A stretch of DNA of 64,000 bases from a virus. The notes under the pieces are model-generated. The model was not told the DNA's origin and ran no database searches. It saw only the letters and a list, made by a program, of their open reading frames with translations. Below are positions 39,240 through 49,362 of the stretch, piece after piece. The stretch covers positions 32,001 to 96,000 of the IMG/VR virus record IMGVR_UViG_3300032240_002475; one strand, given 5' to 3'. The translations under genes were made by a program, and so were the position numbers. The number at the start of each line of letters is the position of its first letter. Positions within the stretch are counted from its first letter, which is position 1.

Positions 39240-39970
39240 TCTTCGTATCTTTTTAATATTTTTGAAATAAGAGGATTTCTTACAATATCTTCAGGTTTAA
39301 ATTCAAAAACTCCAACATCATCCATGTCTTGGAACTTTTTTAACGCATCCCATAAACCTGTTTGTGTTTTATCTTTATGTCTATCAAATTGTTCTAAATC
39401 ACCTGACAAGAAAAATTTAGAATTAAAACCTATTCTTGTTAAAAGTAACTTCATTTGACTTGGAGTTGAATTTTGAGCCTCTTCAAAAATTAATATTGAA
39501 TTGTCAATATTCATACCTCTCATGTAAGCTAATGCAAAAACCTCAATAGCTTCAATATCTTTTAATCTTTCTCTTGCTTCTTTACCTATAATTTTATTTA
39601 ATAGATAATAAGATGGAAAAATATAAGGGTCTAGTTTCTCTTCAACACCTCCAGGTAAACTACCTAATTTTTCTTCTGCCTCAACTGCTGGTCTTACAAT
39701 GATAATTTTTTCGTAAGGAGTTGTTGGGTCTACCAACAAATCCACAGCACATTTCATTGCTATATAACTTTTACCTACCCCAGCTGGCCCCGAACATATT
39801 GTAATTTGATTTTTTGTAAGTTTATGATAGTATTCTCTTTGACTATCAGATAAAAATTTCTCTTTAGTTTTCTTCTTAACAATTGAACAAATTAATTGTT
39901 TTTTTGTTCTTACTACCACTTCTTCACCTGTTGGTGTTACTTGTGGTGTTTTTTTGGTGCCTCTCGCCAT
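39236..39970 (-). CDS. phoH: PhoH-family ATPase
   Basis: GPAGVGKS, RPAVEAEEKLGSLPG, AYMRG, EEAQN, GDLEQ, DIVRNP. Confidence 0.93.
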   Translation of the reverse strand: MARGTKKTPQVTPTGEEVVVRTKKQLICSIVKKKTKEKFLSDSQREYYHKLTKNQITICSGPAGVGKSYIAMKCAVDLLVDPTTPYEKIIIVRPAVEAEEKLGSLPGGVEEKLDPYIFPSYYLLNKIIGKEARERLKDIEAIEVFALAYMRGMNIDNSILIFEEAQNSTPSQMKLLLTRIGFNSKFFLSGDLEQFDRHKDKTQTGLWDALKKFQDMDDVGVFEFKPEDIVRNPLISKILKRYEE

Positions 39971-39976
39971 TATATA

Positions 39977-41071
39977 TTATTTGATTTTATGTCTGTCGGA
40001 ACTTTGAGGTTCTCTTCTATAGACTGTTGTTCCACCGTCAGGACTTTCATAAATCCATGGAGTTTCAATTTCTTTTTTGTCAACTTGAGACTTAATCCAT
40101 TGATATGTTTTTTTCAAACCAATTGATAAAGGTTGACTAACTTCCCAACCAACTTTCTCTCTGTAAAGTTTGTTGTCAGAGTTTCTTCCTTTAACACCTA
40201 AAGGACATTTAAATCCATATTTGTCAATAAATTCTTGACCATCAATATTTTTAATTTCAATATTTTTTTCTGAGATTGCAATTGCCATTCCAGCAAGTTG
40301 ATTGATTGTGACCATTTCTTCACTACCAATATTAACAGGACCTACAAAATCACTTTCCATTAATCTTAATACCGCCTCAACACATTCATCAACGTACAAG
40401 AATGAACGAGTTTGCATTCCATTACCCCAAACTTCAATCACATCTCCGTCTTTAGCTTCTGCAGCCTTCCTACACATCGCAGCTGGTGATTTTTCTCTAC
40501 CACCTGTCCATGTACCTTGTGGCCCAAAGATGTTATGAAATCTTGCAACTCTTACATCTAAACCATAATTTCTGTTAAATGCTAAGAATAATCTTTCGGA
40601 AAATAATTTTTCCCATCCATATTCAGAATCAGGGTTTGCAGGATATGCAGATGATTCTTCGCAGTTTGGATTTAGTGGGTCTAACTGATTGTGTTCAGGA
40701 TACATACAAGCTGAAGAAGAGTAGAATACTTTCTTAACTTTTTTCTTAACACATTCGTGAGCTACGTTTAAATTAATTGTTGCTGAGTTGTACATAACGT
40801 TGGCATCATTCTCACCTGTAAAGATATATAATGCACCACCCATGTCTGCCGCAAGTTGATATACTTCATCAACTCCCTCCTCAATTACAAGTTCAACAAC
40901 CTTAGGGTCTGTTAAATCTCCTAATATAAATTCATGACAAAACTCGTCTTGAAAGAAGTATTCGTGTTTTTTAATATCACATACTCTTACGTGATTTCCT
41001 TCTTCTTTTAATCTTTTAGCGAGGTGTCCACCTATGAACCCTCCGCCACCTAATACTACTATTTTTTTCAT
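39977..41071 (-). CDS. GDP-mannose 3',5'-epimerase-like extended SDR
   Basis: GGGGFIG, QLAADMGG, YSSSACMYP, YGWEK, RFHNIFGP.GTW.GGREKSPAAMCRK, GVKGRNSDN. Confidence 0.85.
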   Translation of the reverse strand: MKKIVVLGGGGFIGGHLAKRLKEEGNHVRVCDIKKHEYFFQDEFCHEFILGDLTDPKVVELVIEEGVDEVYQLAADMGGALYIFTGENDANVMYNSATINLNVAHECVKKKVKKVFYSSSACMYPEHNQLDPLNPNCEESSAYPANPDSEYGWEKLFSERLFLAFNRNYGLDVRVARFHNIFGPQGTWTGGREKSPAAMCRKAAEAKDGDVIEVWGNGMQTRSFLYVDECVEAVLRLMESDFVGPVNIGSEEMVTINQLAGMAIAISEKNIEIKNIDGQEFIDKYGFKCPLGVKGRNSDNKLYREKVGWEVSQPLSIGLKKTYQWIKSQVDKKEIETPWIYESPDGGTTVYRREPQSSDRHKIK

Positions 41072-42006
41072 TAGTTAAAATACTTTTGGTATATGTTGAA
41101 ATATTCAACTGTTTTATCTGGAAGTAAACTCCAATAGTCTTTTATATTGTCTAAAAGGTTTAATGTGTTTCTATAACCAATCACTTCATTTTCTAAATTT
41201 CTAACAAGGTCTTGCGGGTTTCTCGCTTGATAAACTGACGCTTTTGCAAATATGACAGAGTTTGGAAAATGATGTTGTAAGACATAGGACCCCCAAATGT
41301 CATCCATTCTACCTGTATATGGAAAGACAGAATAATATTTAAGGACATCTCTATGAATAAATGTATTTTGTGAGTTAAATGGTGTAAGTTGTTTTGTTGT
41401 GAACGGTTCAAATGAATTAAATTTAACGATTGGTTTTTTACTTAGACGACAAATTGCGTCGATGTCTGGGTCACCATCCCAAAATTCTGCTTGAATCATT
41501 GGGGTAATTTTTGTTTTACCTTTGTATTCAATGTTATTTTTTACTTGTAGATATTCAATTGGAAATCCTCTATGCCACAAGTCATTATGTTCTGTAGTTG
41601 ATATTGCATCAAAATAAGGGCATGACGTATTTTCATATTCGTCAACTTCAATTTCTTGACCCAGTAAGATATTATCACCCCAGAAACTGTATGGAATGTT
41701 GTCATCATCAACTGTTGCAACAATATCTGCACCATGTTGGTATGCGTACACAAATCCAATGTTTCTTCTTTGAATTGTCCTCCATCCAATTATTTCGGAT
41801 AATTCTTGATACATATCATCTTGTGATTCAGGTGTTAAATAAATTACATTATCATAACTTTCTTCAAGAGCCAAGTAACTTTCATGAGGAGTTTTTGTAT
41901 CTCCAACAATAACAAACGTGAAGTCTTTTTTATCAGCAATTTCACAGAACTTAATAGTTGCTTCAGTTGGTTCATTGATTGTTGTTGTGACTATAAATTT
42001 TTTCAT
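41071..42006 (-). CDS. STELLO/RGP (GT75-related) protein
   Basis: IVTTTINEPT, VGDTKTP, RNIGFVYA, TVDDDN, GDPDIDAI, FNSQNT, RMDDIWGSY. Confidence 0.75.
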   Translation of the reverse strand: MKKFIVTTTINEPTEATIKFCEIADKKDFTFVIVGDTKTPHESYLALEESYDNVIYLTPESQDDMYQELSEIIGWRTIQRRNIGFVYAYQHGADIVATVDDDNIPYSFWGDNILLGQEIEVDEYENTSCPYFDAISTTEHNDLWHRGFPIEYLQVKNNIEYKGKTKITPMIQAEFWDGDPDIDAICRLSKKPIVKFNSFEPFTTKQLTPFNSQNTFIHRDVLKYYSVFPYTGRMDDIWGSYVLQHHFPNSVIFAKASVYQARNPQDLVRNLENEVIGYRNTLNLLDNIKDYWSLLPDKTVEYFNIYQKYFN

Positions 42007-42007
42007 A

Positions 42008-42616
42008 TTAATAAACTATATAAATGTGGTTTCCTTCTAACGTATTAGTAATTGTGTAGTTAGGGTTAATTGAGTGTAATGCGTCCGTGAATTCTTTCAA
42101 TGTAGGGAAGTTTCCTTGACCTAAGTCTCTACAATCATCAATCAACATAACATGGTCATTACGATTACTTGAAGATTTAATTGCTCCTAATTCTTCTCTT
42201 AATGGTCCATTCAACATACTATGAGCATCTAATATGATTAAAAATCTTTCATCAGGTAATTCTTCAAAAACAGATGATAATAATTCACCTGAATTACCTT
42301 CTAAAAATGTTAGATTATCATATTTTTCTGAAAGTTGTGCATAAGTTTCTCTATAGTTTCTTCCATCATAAGGATTATTATCTGGAAATAATTCAATTGT
42401 GAATGCTACGTCAAAATGTTCTGCTAAACATACAGCAGTACTTGCATTATATGTTCCCGTTTCAATTGCAAATTTTATTTCATCTAAATTAGGAATTTTA
42501 TCTTGGTATTGGTAAAGTAAACTTACAAATACGTTTGGTATAGGTAGAGTTTGTTTATGTGTGTCGGACATTTGTTCCCATCTACTATCTCCTGTATAGT
42601 CTAAATTTAATTTCAT
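42008..42616 (-). CDS. class I SAM-dependent methyltransferase-like protein
   Basis: IETGTY, TIEL, EGNS, LDAH, LIDD. Confidence 0.7.
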   Translation of the reverse strand: MKLNLDYTGDSRWEQMSDTHKQTLPIPNVFVSLLYQYQDKIPNLDEIKFAIETGTYNASTAVCLAEHFDVAFTIELFPDNNPYDGRNYRETYAQLSEKYDNLTFLEGNSGELLSSVFEELPDERFLIILDAHSMLNGPLREELGAIKSSSNRNDHVMLIDDCRDLGQGNFPTLKEFTDALHSINPNYTITNTLEGNHIYIVY

Positions 42617-42629
42617 ATTTTAACACTTT

Positions 42630-43226
42630 TTAATCTTTAAGTTTAAGAAAAGTATGTTGTTCATACTGTCTGTGTATTTCATACATTGATAAATTTTGTT
42701 TGATAAAATCTTCAATAAATGAAATTGGTTTATTATGCCACTCAACAAAAATAAATTTAGATTTTTTAATTAATTCTGAATTTTCTAATATGTTATATTC
42801 TGATGCCTCAACATCTATTTTAACTAAATCTGCAGGAGACTCTAAAAAAAACTCTAAAGTTTCTAACTTGAATATTTTACCGTCATAAGTTTCAATTCGG
42901 TCTCCCCAATATTCTTCTTTAAATTCTTCTTTAATTTCGGAAACCATGTATCCACCATCATTATTATCTCCAATACCTTGTACTTTTGATTCTTTAGCAC
43001 CATAAAAAATCCCATAATTATGCCCGTGAGTAAAATCGTATTCTGACATTAATTTTGAGCATTTTTCAAAATTAATTACATCTGGCTCAAAGTAATGAAG
43101 CTCATTAATTTTTTTATTATTTAATAGGTGTATGAATTCACCGTAGTTGCTTCCAATATCCAAAACAATATTTAAGTTTTCAGGTATTTCAGTCAACCAA
43201 TTTTTATACATTTGTTCTCCGTACAT
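42630..43226 (-). CDS. FkbM-family methyltransferase
   Basis: LDIGSNYG, FEP, VKIDVEASE, VEWH. Confidence 0.85.
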   Translation of the reverse strand: MYGEQMYKNWLTEIPENLNIVLDIGSNYGEFIHLLNNKKINELHYFEPDVINFEKCSKLMSEYDFTHGHNYGIFYGAKESKVQGIGDNNDGGYMVSEIKEEFKEEYWGDRIETYDGKIFKLETLEFFLESPADLVKIDVEASEYNILENSELIKKSKFIFVEWHNKPISFIEDFIKQNLSMYEIHRQYEQHTFLKLKD

Positions 43227-43227
43227 G

Positions 43228-43935
43228 TTAATCTAAGTTTAATAAGTTTATGTTATAATATATCACGTCCGCTTCAGGGCAAACGTGTGAATAATCTATG
43301 TCAAATAGTTTTTTGAATCCAAGTTGGTTCATAATTTCATTATCTTCAGTTGAAGAAGTTTGATTTTTATATAATCTAAGATTATTGTCAGTATTAACAA
43401 TTGACTCAATCATAATAAAAACGGTATTTTTAATATACTCTTTAAGACTTTTTACAACTCTAATATCAACACCTTGAGCATCTACCTTTAAAAAATGTAT
43501 TAGTTCATTTTTAAATTTTGGAATCTCATCTAATAATTCTTTTAACGATACTACTTCAACATCCTCAACAGAGGTTATTGTGGATATTTCTGATGGACAA
43601 TACCATAAGTCATTTTTTTTGTGTATATCTTTAGTTATTATTTCTTTATTGATTTCTAATAAAGAGCTACAATATGCGTCTTGATTTATATTGAATTGCA
43701 TAATTGTTTTTTCTTCAACATCATCTATGGCATTTTCAAACCATAAATTGTATTCTTTTTTTATATTGTCATTTTTATAATTTTTATTAGGCTCAATTCC
43801 AATCCAAAAATTATTTTTTGTAATATAAGAAGAATATTCTTTTTTAAAATGACCATTCGCCGCGCCAACATCAACGATGTTGATTGAATCATAATTGTTT
43901 AAATAATTAAATGTTTCTTTTAAGGTTTTAATCAT
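43228..43935 (-). CDS. FkbM-family methyltransferase
   Basis: VDVGAANG, IEPN, CSSLL, LKVDAQGVD. Confidence 0.85.
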   Translation of the reverse strand: MIKTLKETFNYLNNYDSINIVDVGAANGHFKKEYSSYITKNNFWIGIEPNKNYKNDNIKKEYNLWFENAIDDVEEKTIMQFNINQDAYCSSLLEINKEIITKDIHKKNDLWYCPSEISTITSVEDVEVVSLKELLDEIPKFKNELIHFLKVDAQGVDIRVVKSLKEYIKNTVFIMIESIVNTDNNLRLYKNQTSSTEDNEIMNQLGFKKLFDIDYSHVCPEADVIYYNINLLNLD

Positions 43936-43936
43936 T

Positions 43937-44782
43937 TTATATTGTTTTTAAATTATAGTCAGACCATCCCCAACTTTCTGAATTTGATGTACCCGTAAAA
44001 TCATTTACACAAACAAATCTATCGTTCATAGGTAATATTTCATTAGGAGATGAATTTTTATTTGTTCCATGATTTAAATGATATAAAGGAACTTTAGCTT
44101 TTTCAATTTTAAAATACAAAGCGCCTTTTTTCATTAAATTTGAATCCGCGTAGCATCTACCACCACAAGACTCTTCAAATCCTTTAATTCCGTACCAAAC
44201 ATTTTTATGTGCAAATTGAAAATCTCCGCACCCAACAACTAAAGACCAAACGTCACCAGAATCCCAAACTGATTTACCATCAATCACCGCGTCAGGTTGC
44301 ATTTTGAATCTATCTTTATTTTCTTTTACTGAATTTAAAAGCTCAATTGAATTATTGTAATTCAAATGAAATTCTTGAGGAACGTCTATTCTTGCAGATG
44401 TATAAAGTGTATGGTCATTAAATTGAGACAAGTCAAAACTTTCAATTAAAACATCGACATTAGTTACTAATATCCAATCATTTTTTGCTCTTCTAATTCC
44501 AATATTTCTTGCAAGTACCTCAACAATTGAGTAATTGATATATTCGGGATTATTGTTTTGTATATCTTCTTCGTTTACGATAAAAGATTTGATATTGTCT
44601 TTTCTTTCAACATTACCAATTACTTCTTCAATTAAAGATTTTCCGTTTGATTTCCAATCAACATAAATGATTTCATCAAATGATTGTGTTAAAATGTTCA
44701 AACAATGAGTAAACCTGTGTGTAAGATTGCCACCGTAGTCGTCATTTTTTCCAATTACAACTACTGAAATTTTTTCTTTCAT
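43937..44782 (-). CDS. GT-A (GT2-like) glycosyltransferase
   Basis: KNDDYGG, ARNIGIRRA, TNVDV, GDFQ, GFEE, YHLNH. Confidence 0.75.
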   Translation of the reverse strand: MKEKISVVVIGKNDDYGGNLTHRFTHCLNILTQSFDEIIYVDWKSNGKSLIEEVIGNVERKDNIKSFIVNEEDIQNNNPEYINYSIVEVLARNIGIRRAKNDWILVTNVDVLIESFDLSQFNDHTLYTSARIDVPQEFHLNYNNSIELLNSVKENKDRFKMQPDAVIDGKSVWDSGDVWSLVVGCGDFQFAHKNVWYGIKGFEESCGGRCYADSNLMKKGALYFKIEKAKVPLYHLNHGTNKNSSPNEILPMNDRFVCVNDFTGTSNSESWGWSDYNLKTI

Positions 44783-44790
44783 TAATTAAA

Positions 44791-45171
44791 TTAATATTTT
44801 ACGTATTCTTTAACTTCTCTTATTTCAGAGTTGCTAATTTTGTTTATTTCATTTTTTAATCTGAACCTATCATCGTTAGTAAAATAAACTTTTCTAGCGT
44901 AATCAATAAATTCGCCTTCAAATCTTTTTTCTGTTTCAATAACTCTTAGTCTATCTTCAATATCCCAAAGTTTTGAATTAATTTCAACTAATTGATGATA
45001 CAGTTCCTCTATTTCAGGATTATCTAAAAAACCTGATGATAAGTTATAAAGTAATTCAAATTCTTTATTAATGTATTCTAATTTTTCTTCATTAGTAATT
45101 TTTGTTTGTTTTACATGTAGGATGGATAATTTATCAATTAATTCCCCCACACTTACTGGTGCTTGAATCAT
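44791..45171 (-). CDS. DUF6165-like protein
   Basis: PVSVGELIDKLSIL, LWDIED, ARKVYFTNDDR, SEIREVKEY. Confidence 0.75.
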   Translation of the reverse strand: MIQAPVSVGELIDKLSILHVKQTKITNEEKLEYINKEFELLYNLSSGFLDNPEIEELYHQLVEINSKLWDIEDRLRVIETEKRFEGEFIDYARKVYFTNDDRFRLKNEINKISNSEIREVKEYVKY

Positions 45172-45872
45172 AATATGTATGTTAAATCTTTGTCGAATAT
45201 ATGTTCGACTTGATGGAAACTAGGTGGATTATGTCTGGAATATACCGTAACATTTTTTAAACCGAGTTTCGAGATTATGTAGAGTATTGAAGTCTCTACG
45301 GTATATATGTGTTTGGCTTTAAGCAATAATCCAATCCAATCAAATAAATTATCCCAACCAAGATATTCCATCTCAATTGATTTTTCAAATTGACCCATAT
45401 GTACACATGGTTTTGAATCAGGGGGAGACCCATACATTCTATTAACAAAAACAAAATCTTTATCTTGAGCTCCGTAATGGTCTATAAGCTTTTGCTCTCT
45501 TTCTATATTTCTTTCAAATTCAAAATAATCAACCCAATCTGATGAGTCCATATCCATCATTTTATATTTTGCCTCCATTACAGATAGTTTTGGATAATGT
45601 CTATCAAAATTTTGAATAGGTAAATAAACATTCTCATCTATAGTTGTTGGTTGAGACCCCCCACCTATATAAATGTTTCTATTAGGAAAATCCGCATTCT
45701 CGTCAACAAAAATTAATCCATCGATTTTGATATAATCTTTAATAAACTCAAATTGAGATATTACTGGCCATATAACAGTATATCCTTGGGATATGTAAGA
45801 TTTTGCAATCTTCTGAGTGTAAAAAATATCCCCAATACCTGCGGGTTGTCGTATTAAACAAATTTTAGACAT
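45168..45872 (-). CDS. putative GT-B glycosyltransferase
   Basis: QPAGIGDI and LFDWIGLL.KAKHIYTVETS; glycosylation operon context. Confidence 0.55.
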   Translation of the reverse strand: MSKICLIRQPAGIGDIFYTQKIAKSYISQGYTVIWPVISQFEFIKDYIKIDGLIFVDENADFPNRNIYIGGGSQPTTIDENVYLPIQNFDRHYPKLSVMEAKYKMMDMDSSDWVDYFEFERNIEREQKLIDHYGAQDKDFVFVNRMYGSPPDSKPCVHMGQFEKSIEMEYLGWDNLFDWIGLLLKAKHIYTVETSILYIISKLGLKNVTVYSRHNPPSFHQVEHIFDKDLTYIL

Positions 45873-46683
45873 AATCTTTTAAATGGTTTTCAAAAATCCA
45901 ATCGTCTAAAACGCTGTATTTTTGTACTCTATCATAATTATCTTTTATTGCTTCTATTTTAGAATTATACAATTCTTCAGTTAAAGTAGACACGTCAAAA
46001 ATTCCATCAAAAAATATAATTCCATCAGGATTAAAATATTCTGTAACTTTTGGTGTACCCATATAAATTGGAATAGTTCCTGTTGCAAAACAATCTAATA
46101 TTTTTTCGGTAAAATAAGTGTCGTATGTATCATTTTCTGCACAAAATGAAAATCTATAATCATTTAACCCAATTTCTTTATTTGGTATTTCTTGAATTCC
46201 TCTTCCAAAAACATCAATTTTGTCTTGATTAGCCATGGCAAAATCATGTCTCATTTCATGTTGTTTTGTCCATCTTTTATTTGAGGTAATCATTGATGCC
46301 ATTTTAGTTTTTGGGTGAATACCAAAATCTTTAATGTAACTACCATATGCTGGTGTCCATTTGAATTTTGGATGTAATGACAATAATTCATCATTGTGTG
46401 TCCAAATTTGTTCAAAAGTTTCTAATACTGAATCTAAATTATTTTTAATATTATCTACCGCTCCACCATCAAATTTTCTTGATTCAATAACCCAAAGAAA
46501 TTTTTTCTTTTCTCCACCATCAGTTTTATGGTCTTCGATTGCTTTAAATAAATCATTATCTAAATAAACTGAAATAGGATTTTCGTAACTATTAAAACAC
46601 CACTCTATATGTATTGGTGGTTTATTTGCGGTTGAACCTTTGTCATGTGCAAAGTTTCTTGAGAGCATGTTTAACTTAACCAT
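45865..46683 (-). CDS. GT10-family (alpha-1,3-fucosyltransferase-like) glycosyltransferase
   Basis: YRFSFCAEN..YFTEKILDCF.TGTIPIYMG. Confidence 0.85.
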   Translation of the reverse strand: MVKLNMLSRNFAHDKGSTANKPPIHIEWCFNSYENPISVYLDNDLFKAIEDHKTDGGEKKKFLWVIESRKFDGGAVDNIKNNLDSVLETFEQIWTHNDELLSLHPKFKWTPAYGSYIKDFGIHPKTKMASMITSNKRWTKQHEMRHDFAMANQDKIDVFGRGIQEIPNKEIGLNDYRFSFCAENDTYDTYFTEKILDCFATGTIPIYMGTPKVTEYFNPDGIIFFDGIFDVSTLTEELYNSKIEAIKDNYDRVQKYSVLDDWIFENHLKDYV

Positions 46684-47480
46684 CCGTCTTCATAATTTAC
46701 TTCTAATACTGTCCAGTTTGGTTCGTATATGTCTTTATAATTTCTTGGTCCTCTTGGTCCAAACCAAATAGATGGAACAATAATTTTTTTATTTTGATTA
46801 GGATTTAAAAATGTACCCCACCATGAAAATGTAGAATTAACCATGATATGGTTTTTACATAAAGACATTAACCACATTTCTCTATAATCCTCATCTTCTA
46901 CATAAGTTACATTATCAAACTTAAGGTTTTCTTTAACCCACTCTTTGTCATCACTAAAAACAAATACATGAGTGTACTCACCAATTTCTTTTAACGCTCT
47001 TTCAAAATATTTTTCATTAGCAATTGGATGAATGTCAGGATTCATAAAACAATCTCCTCTACGTACGTGAATAGATAAAGTATTTTCTTGTTTTAATTCA
47101 GGATGTTTTTCATACATTTCTTTTACAAATTCAAACGTTGGAGAAAAAATCCTTCTTATTTCACTATTAAATCCAAAAAAGTTTTTACTGCTTTGAAAGT
47201 ATCCGTCAAACACAGTGTCATGGTCTTTAGCATACACATCAATGTATTCCCATGGACCTTCACTGACTTTTTCAAATCCGTCAATGCTTTCAACAAATTT
47301 CAAGTTCCTAAAAATATTATCAAGATAGTTTTCTGTTTGTCTTCCTTGCATTGGTGTCCAAGAACGAGGTACGAAAACTGCCTCTCTGTTCAGTTTCATT
47401 GCGTGTGCTAATGCGTGTGCCGCTTGGAACATTTGATTTCCCAACCCACCCATTAAATTACATGATATTAAATTACTCAT
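46671..47480 (-). CDS. GT11-family (alpha-1,2-fucosyltransferase-like) glycosyltransferase
   Basis: GGLGNQMFQ, GYFQS, IHVRRGD, FSDD, NSTFSWWG. Confidence 0.9.
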   Translation of the reverse strand: MSNLISCNLMGGLGNQMFQAAHALAHAMKLNREAVFVPRSWTPMQGRQTENYLDNIFRNLKFVESIDGFEKVSEGPWEYIDVYAKDHDTVFDGYFQSSKNFFGFNSEIRRIFSPTFEFVKEMYEKHPELKQENTLSIHVRRGDCFMNPDIHPIANEKYFERALKEIGEYTHVFVFSDDKEWVKENLKFDNVTYVEDEDYREMWLMSLCKNHIMVNSTFSWWGTFLNPNQNKKIIVPSIWFGPRGPRNYKDIYEPNWTVLEVNYEDGWLS

Positions 47481-48205
47481 CTAATTAATTTTTTTAATTT
47501 GGTTTTATTTCTAATTATGTTTGAACATCTTTCTTGTTCTTGATGCCCTCCACCTGTCGCACTTCCAATTTTGTGGTCGTTATATGGTGAACTAGCATTA
47601 TAAACATAATAAAGAGTGTCAAGAAATCTATAATTCTCATTTCCTGCTAACTCTAATAATGAAAATGTGTAAGCTACATCGGCTGCGGATTTGAAGTAAG
47701 TTCCGTCATCATCTAACAAATAATCTTTTGGAATCGCTTTCCATAAAAACGATTTCCAAGTTCTTAAATGTGAGAATGTAAAAATGTCTTTTCTTATTGT
47801 ATCAGGGTTACCTTTTGAAGAAAACCCTGGGTCACCATTAGAGTACATAAATGAACCATTTGTCAACCATACATTTCCTGTAGAATATATTTTTCTAATG
47901 TCTCCAACAACATCTTGATTAAGTAAAAAATCATCACCATCAATTTCAATGACAATATCTTCATCATCAAAAGTTGATATTAATTCATCTAAGTTTCTTA
48001 ACTTAAATTTTTTTTCAGTATTAACTATTAGTTTAAATCTTGAATCCCCTTCTATTAATTTTTGAACAAGTTCAACTCCTTTATCGGTTGAAATATCATC
48101 AACAAGATAAACTTCAAAATTAGAGTCTTTTTGAGTTTTTAACGTTCTAATGCAGTTTTTGATATAGTTTTCAGCATTCCAAAAACAACAAACAAATTTT
48201 ATCAT
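47477..48205 (-). CDS. glycosyltransferase family 2
   Basis: NAENYI, VDDISTD, IDGDD, SHLRT. Confidence 0.85.
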   Translation of the reverse strand: MIKFVCCFWNAENYIKNCIRTLKTQKDSNFEVYLVDDISTDKGVELVQKLIEGDSRFKLIVNTEKKFKLRNLDELISTFDDEDIVIEIDGDDFLLNQDVVGDIRKIYSTGNVWLTNGSFMYSNGDPGFSSKGNPDTIRKDIFTFSHLRTWKSFLWKAIPKDYLLDDDGTYFKSAADVAYTFSLLELAGNENYRFLDTLYYVYNASSPYNDHKIGSATGGGHQEQERCSNIIRNKTKLKKLIR

Positions 48206-49362
48206 TGTAAATTAATTACGTATCCTTCAGGAGTTGTTCCTGGTTTATAGAACTTAAGTCTATTGTCGTAGGATTCACTTAATGAATGTAAGTTTTTAAC
48301 TACCTCATCAATTTCAATTACATTGACGTAATAACCTTCGGTTAATAAATCTACACATAATTGAAATTGTTGTGACTCTTCTAAAATATCTGTCCCTCTT
48401 TTATATGTTATGTAATTCATAACAAATGGAATTGTTTTATCTGGATTTTGAGAAATATAATATTGTTTTAAAAAACTTGCGTGTTCTTTATTAAACTCAT
48501 CCACAGTTAATGGTAAGTTTAATTCCATTCCTAAATTTTTAGCGTAGTATCCTAATGCTCTATTGTCTCTTGGTAAACAAGGACCACCAAATCCAAATCC
48601 ATAATTCATGTATTTCTTACCAACTCTTGTATCTCCACCAATTGCCCCTAATACCATACCAATTTCATCTTTTAATCCTGATTTCATTAATATATCTCCC
48701 ATCATATTTGCATAACTAATCTTAGTAGTTAAAAAACAATTGATTCCAATTTTGGTAATCTCTGCTGCTTTTGGCGACATAATATAAGCATTAACAGAAG
48801 TAGTTTGAATTTTTTTATAAAGTTGAACTAACTCATTGCCAAGTTCTTGATATTCAGTACCAATCAAAACAATGTCAGATTGTTCTAAACCTTTAACAAT
48901 TTCTCCTTGAGCAATAAACTCAGGATTGTAAGCAACTTGAATACTAAACATCGCAAGTTTCTTTTGTATCTGTTCAGTATCACCAGGATTTGTTGTGCAC
49001 CCAACAATAAATTTCTTTTCAAATATTGGAATGTCTAATTGTGATGCTGTGAAGAAATCATTTGCAACTTCAAAAACAGCCTTTGTATCGTAATTACCAT
49101 CCATAGTTGATGGGGTTGCGACAAATGTGAATATCAAATCACTATTTTCAATTATTTCTACATTGTTTGTTGTTGCACTAAAGTTTTGAGTTTCAAACAA
49201 CATTTTTTGAATCAATGGTTCATTTGTTATACAAATACGTTGATTCAAGTTATAAACGTAGTCTTCTCTTTTATCAGATACAATAACATTGTATCCTGCT
49301 TTTTCACATAATAATGCAAAGGTAAGACCTAATCTACCAGCACCAATAACACCTATTTTCAT
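48202..49362 (-). CDS. ugd: UDP-glucose/GDP-mannose 6-dehydrogenase family
   Basis: GAGRLG, YNPEFIAQG, KISYAN, GFGGPCLPRD (catalytic Cys). Confidence 0.85.
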   Translation of the reverse strand: MKIGVIGAGRLGLTFALLCEKAGYNVIVSDKREDYVYNLNQRICITNEPLIQKMLFETQNFSATTNNVEIIENSDLIFTFVATPSTMDGNYDTKAVFEVANDFFTASQLDIPIFEKKFIVGCTTNPGDTEQIQKKLAMFSIQVAYNPEFIAQGEIVKGLEQSDIVLIGTEYQELGNELVQLYKKIQTTSVNAYIMSPKAAEITKIGINCFLTTKISYANMMGDILMKSGLKDEIGMVLGAIGGDTRVGKKYMNYGFGFGGPCLPRDNRALGYYAKNLGMELNLPLTVDEFNKEHASFLKQYYISQNPDKTIPFVMNYITYKRGTDILEESQQFQLCVDLLTEGYYVNVIEIDEVVKNLHSLSESYDNRLKFYKPGTTPEGYVINLQ

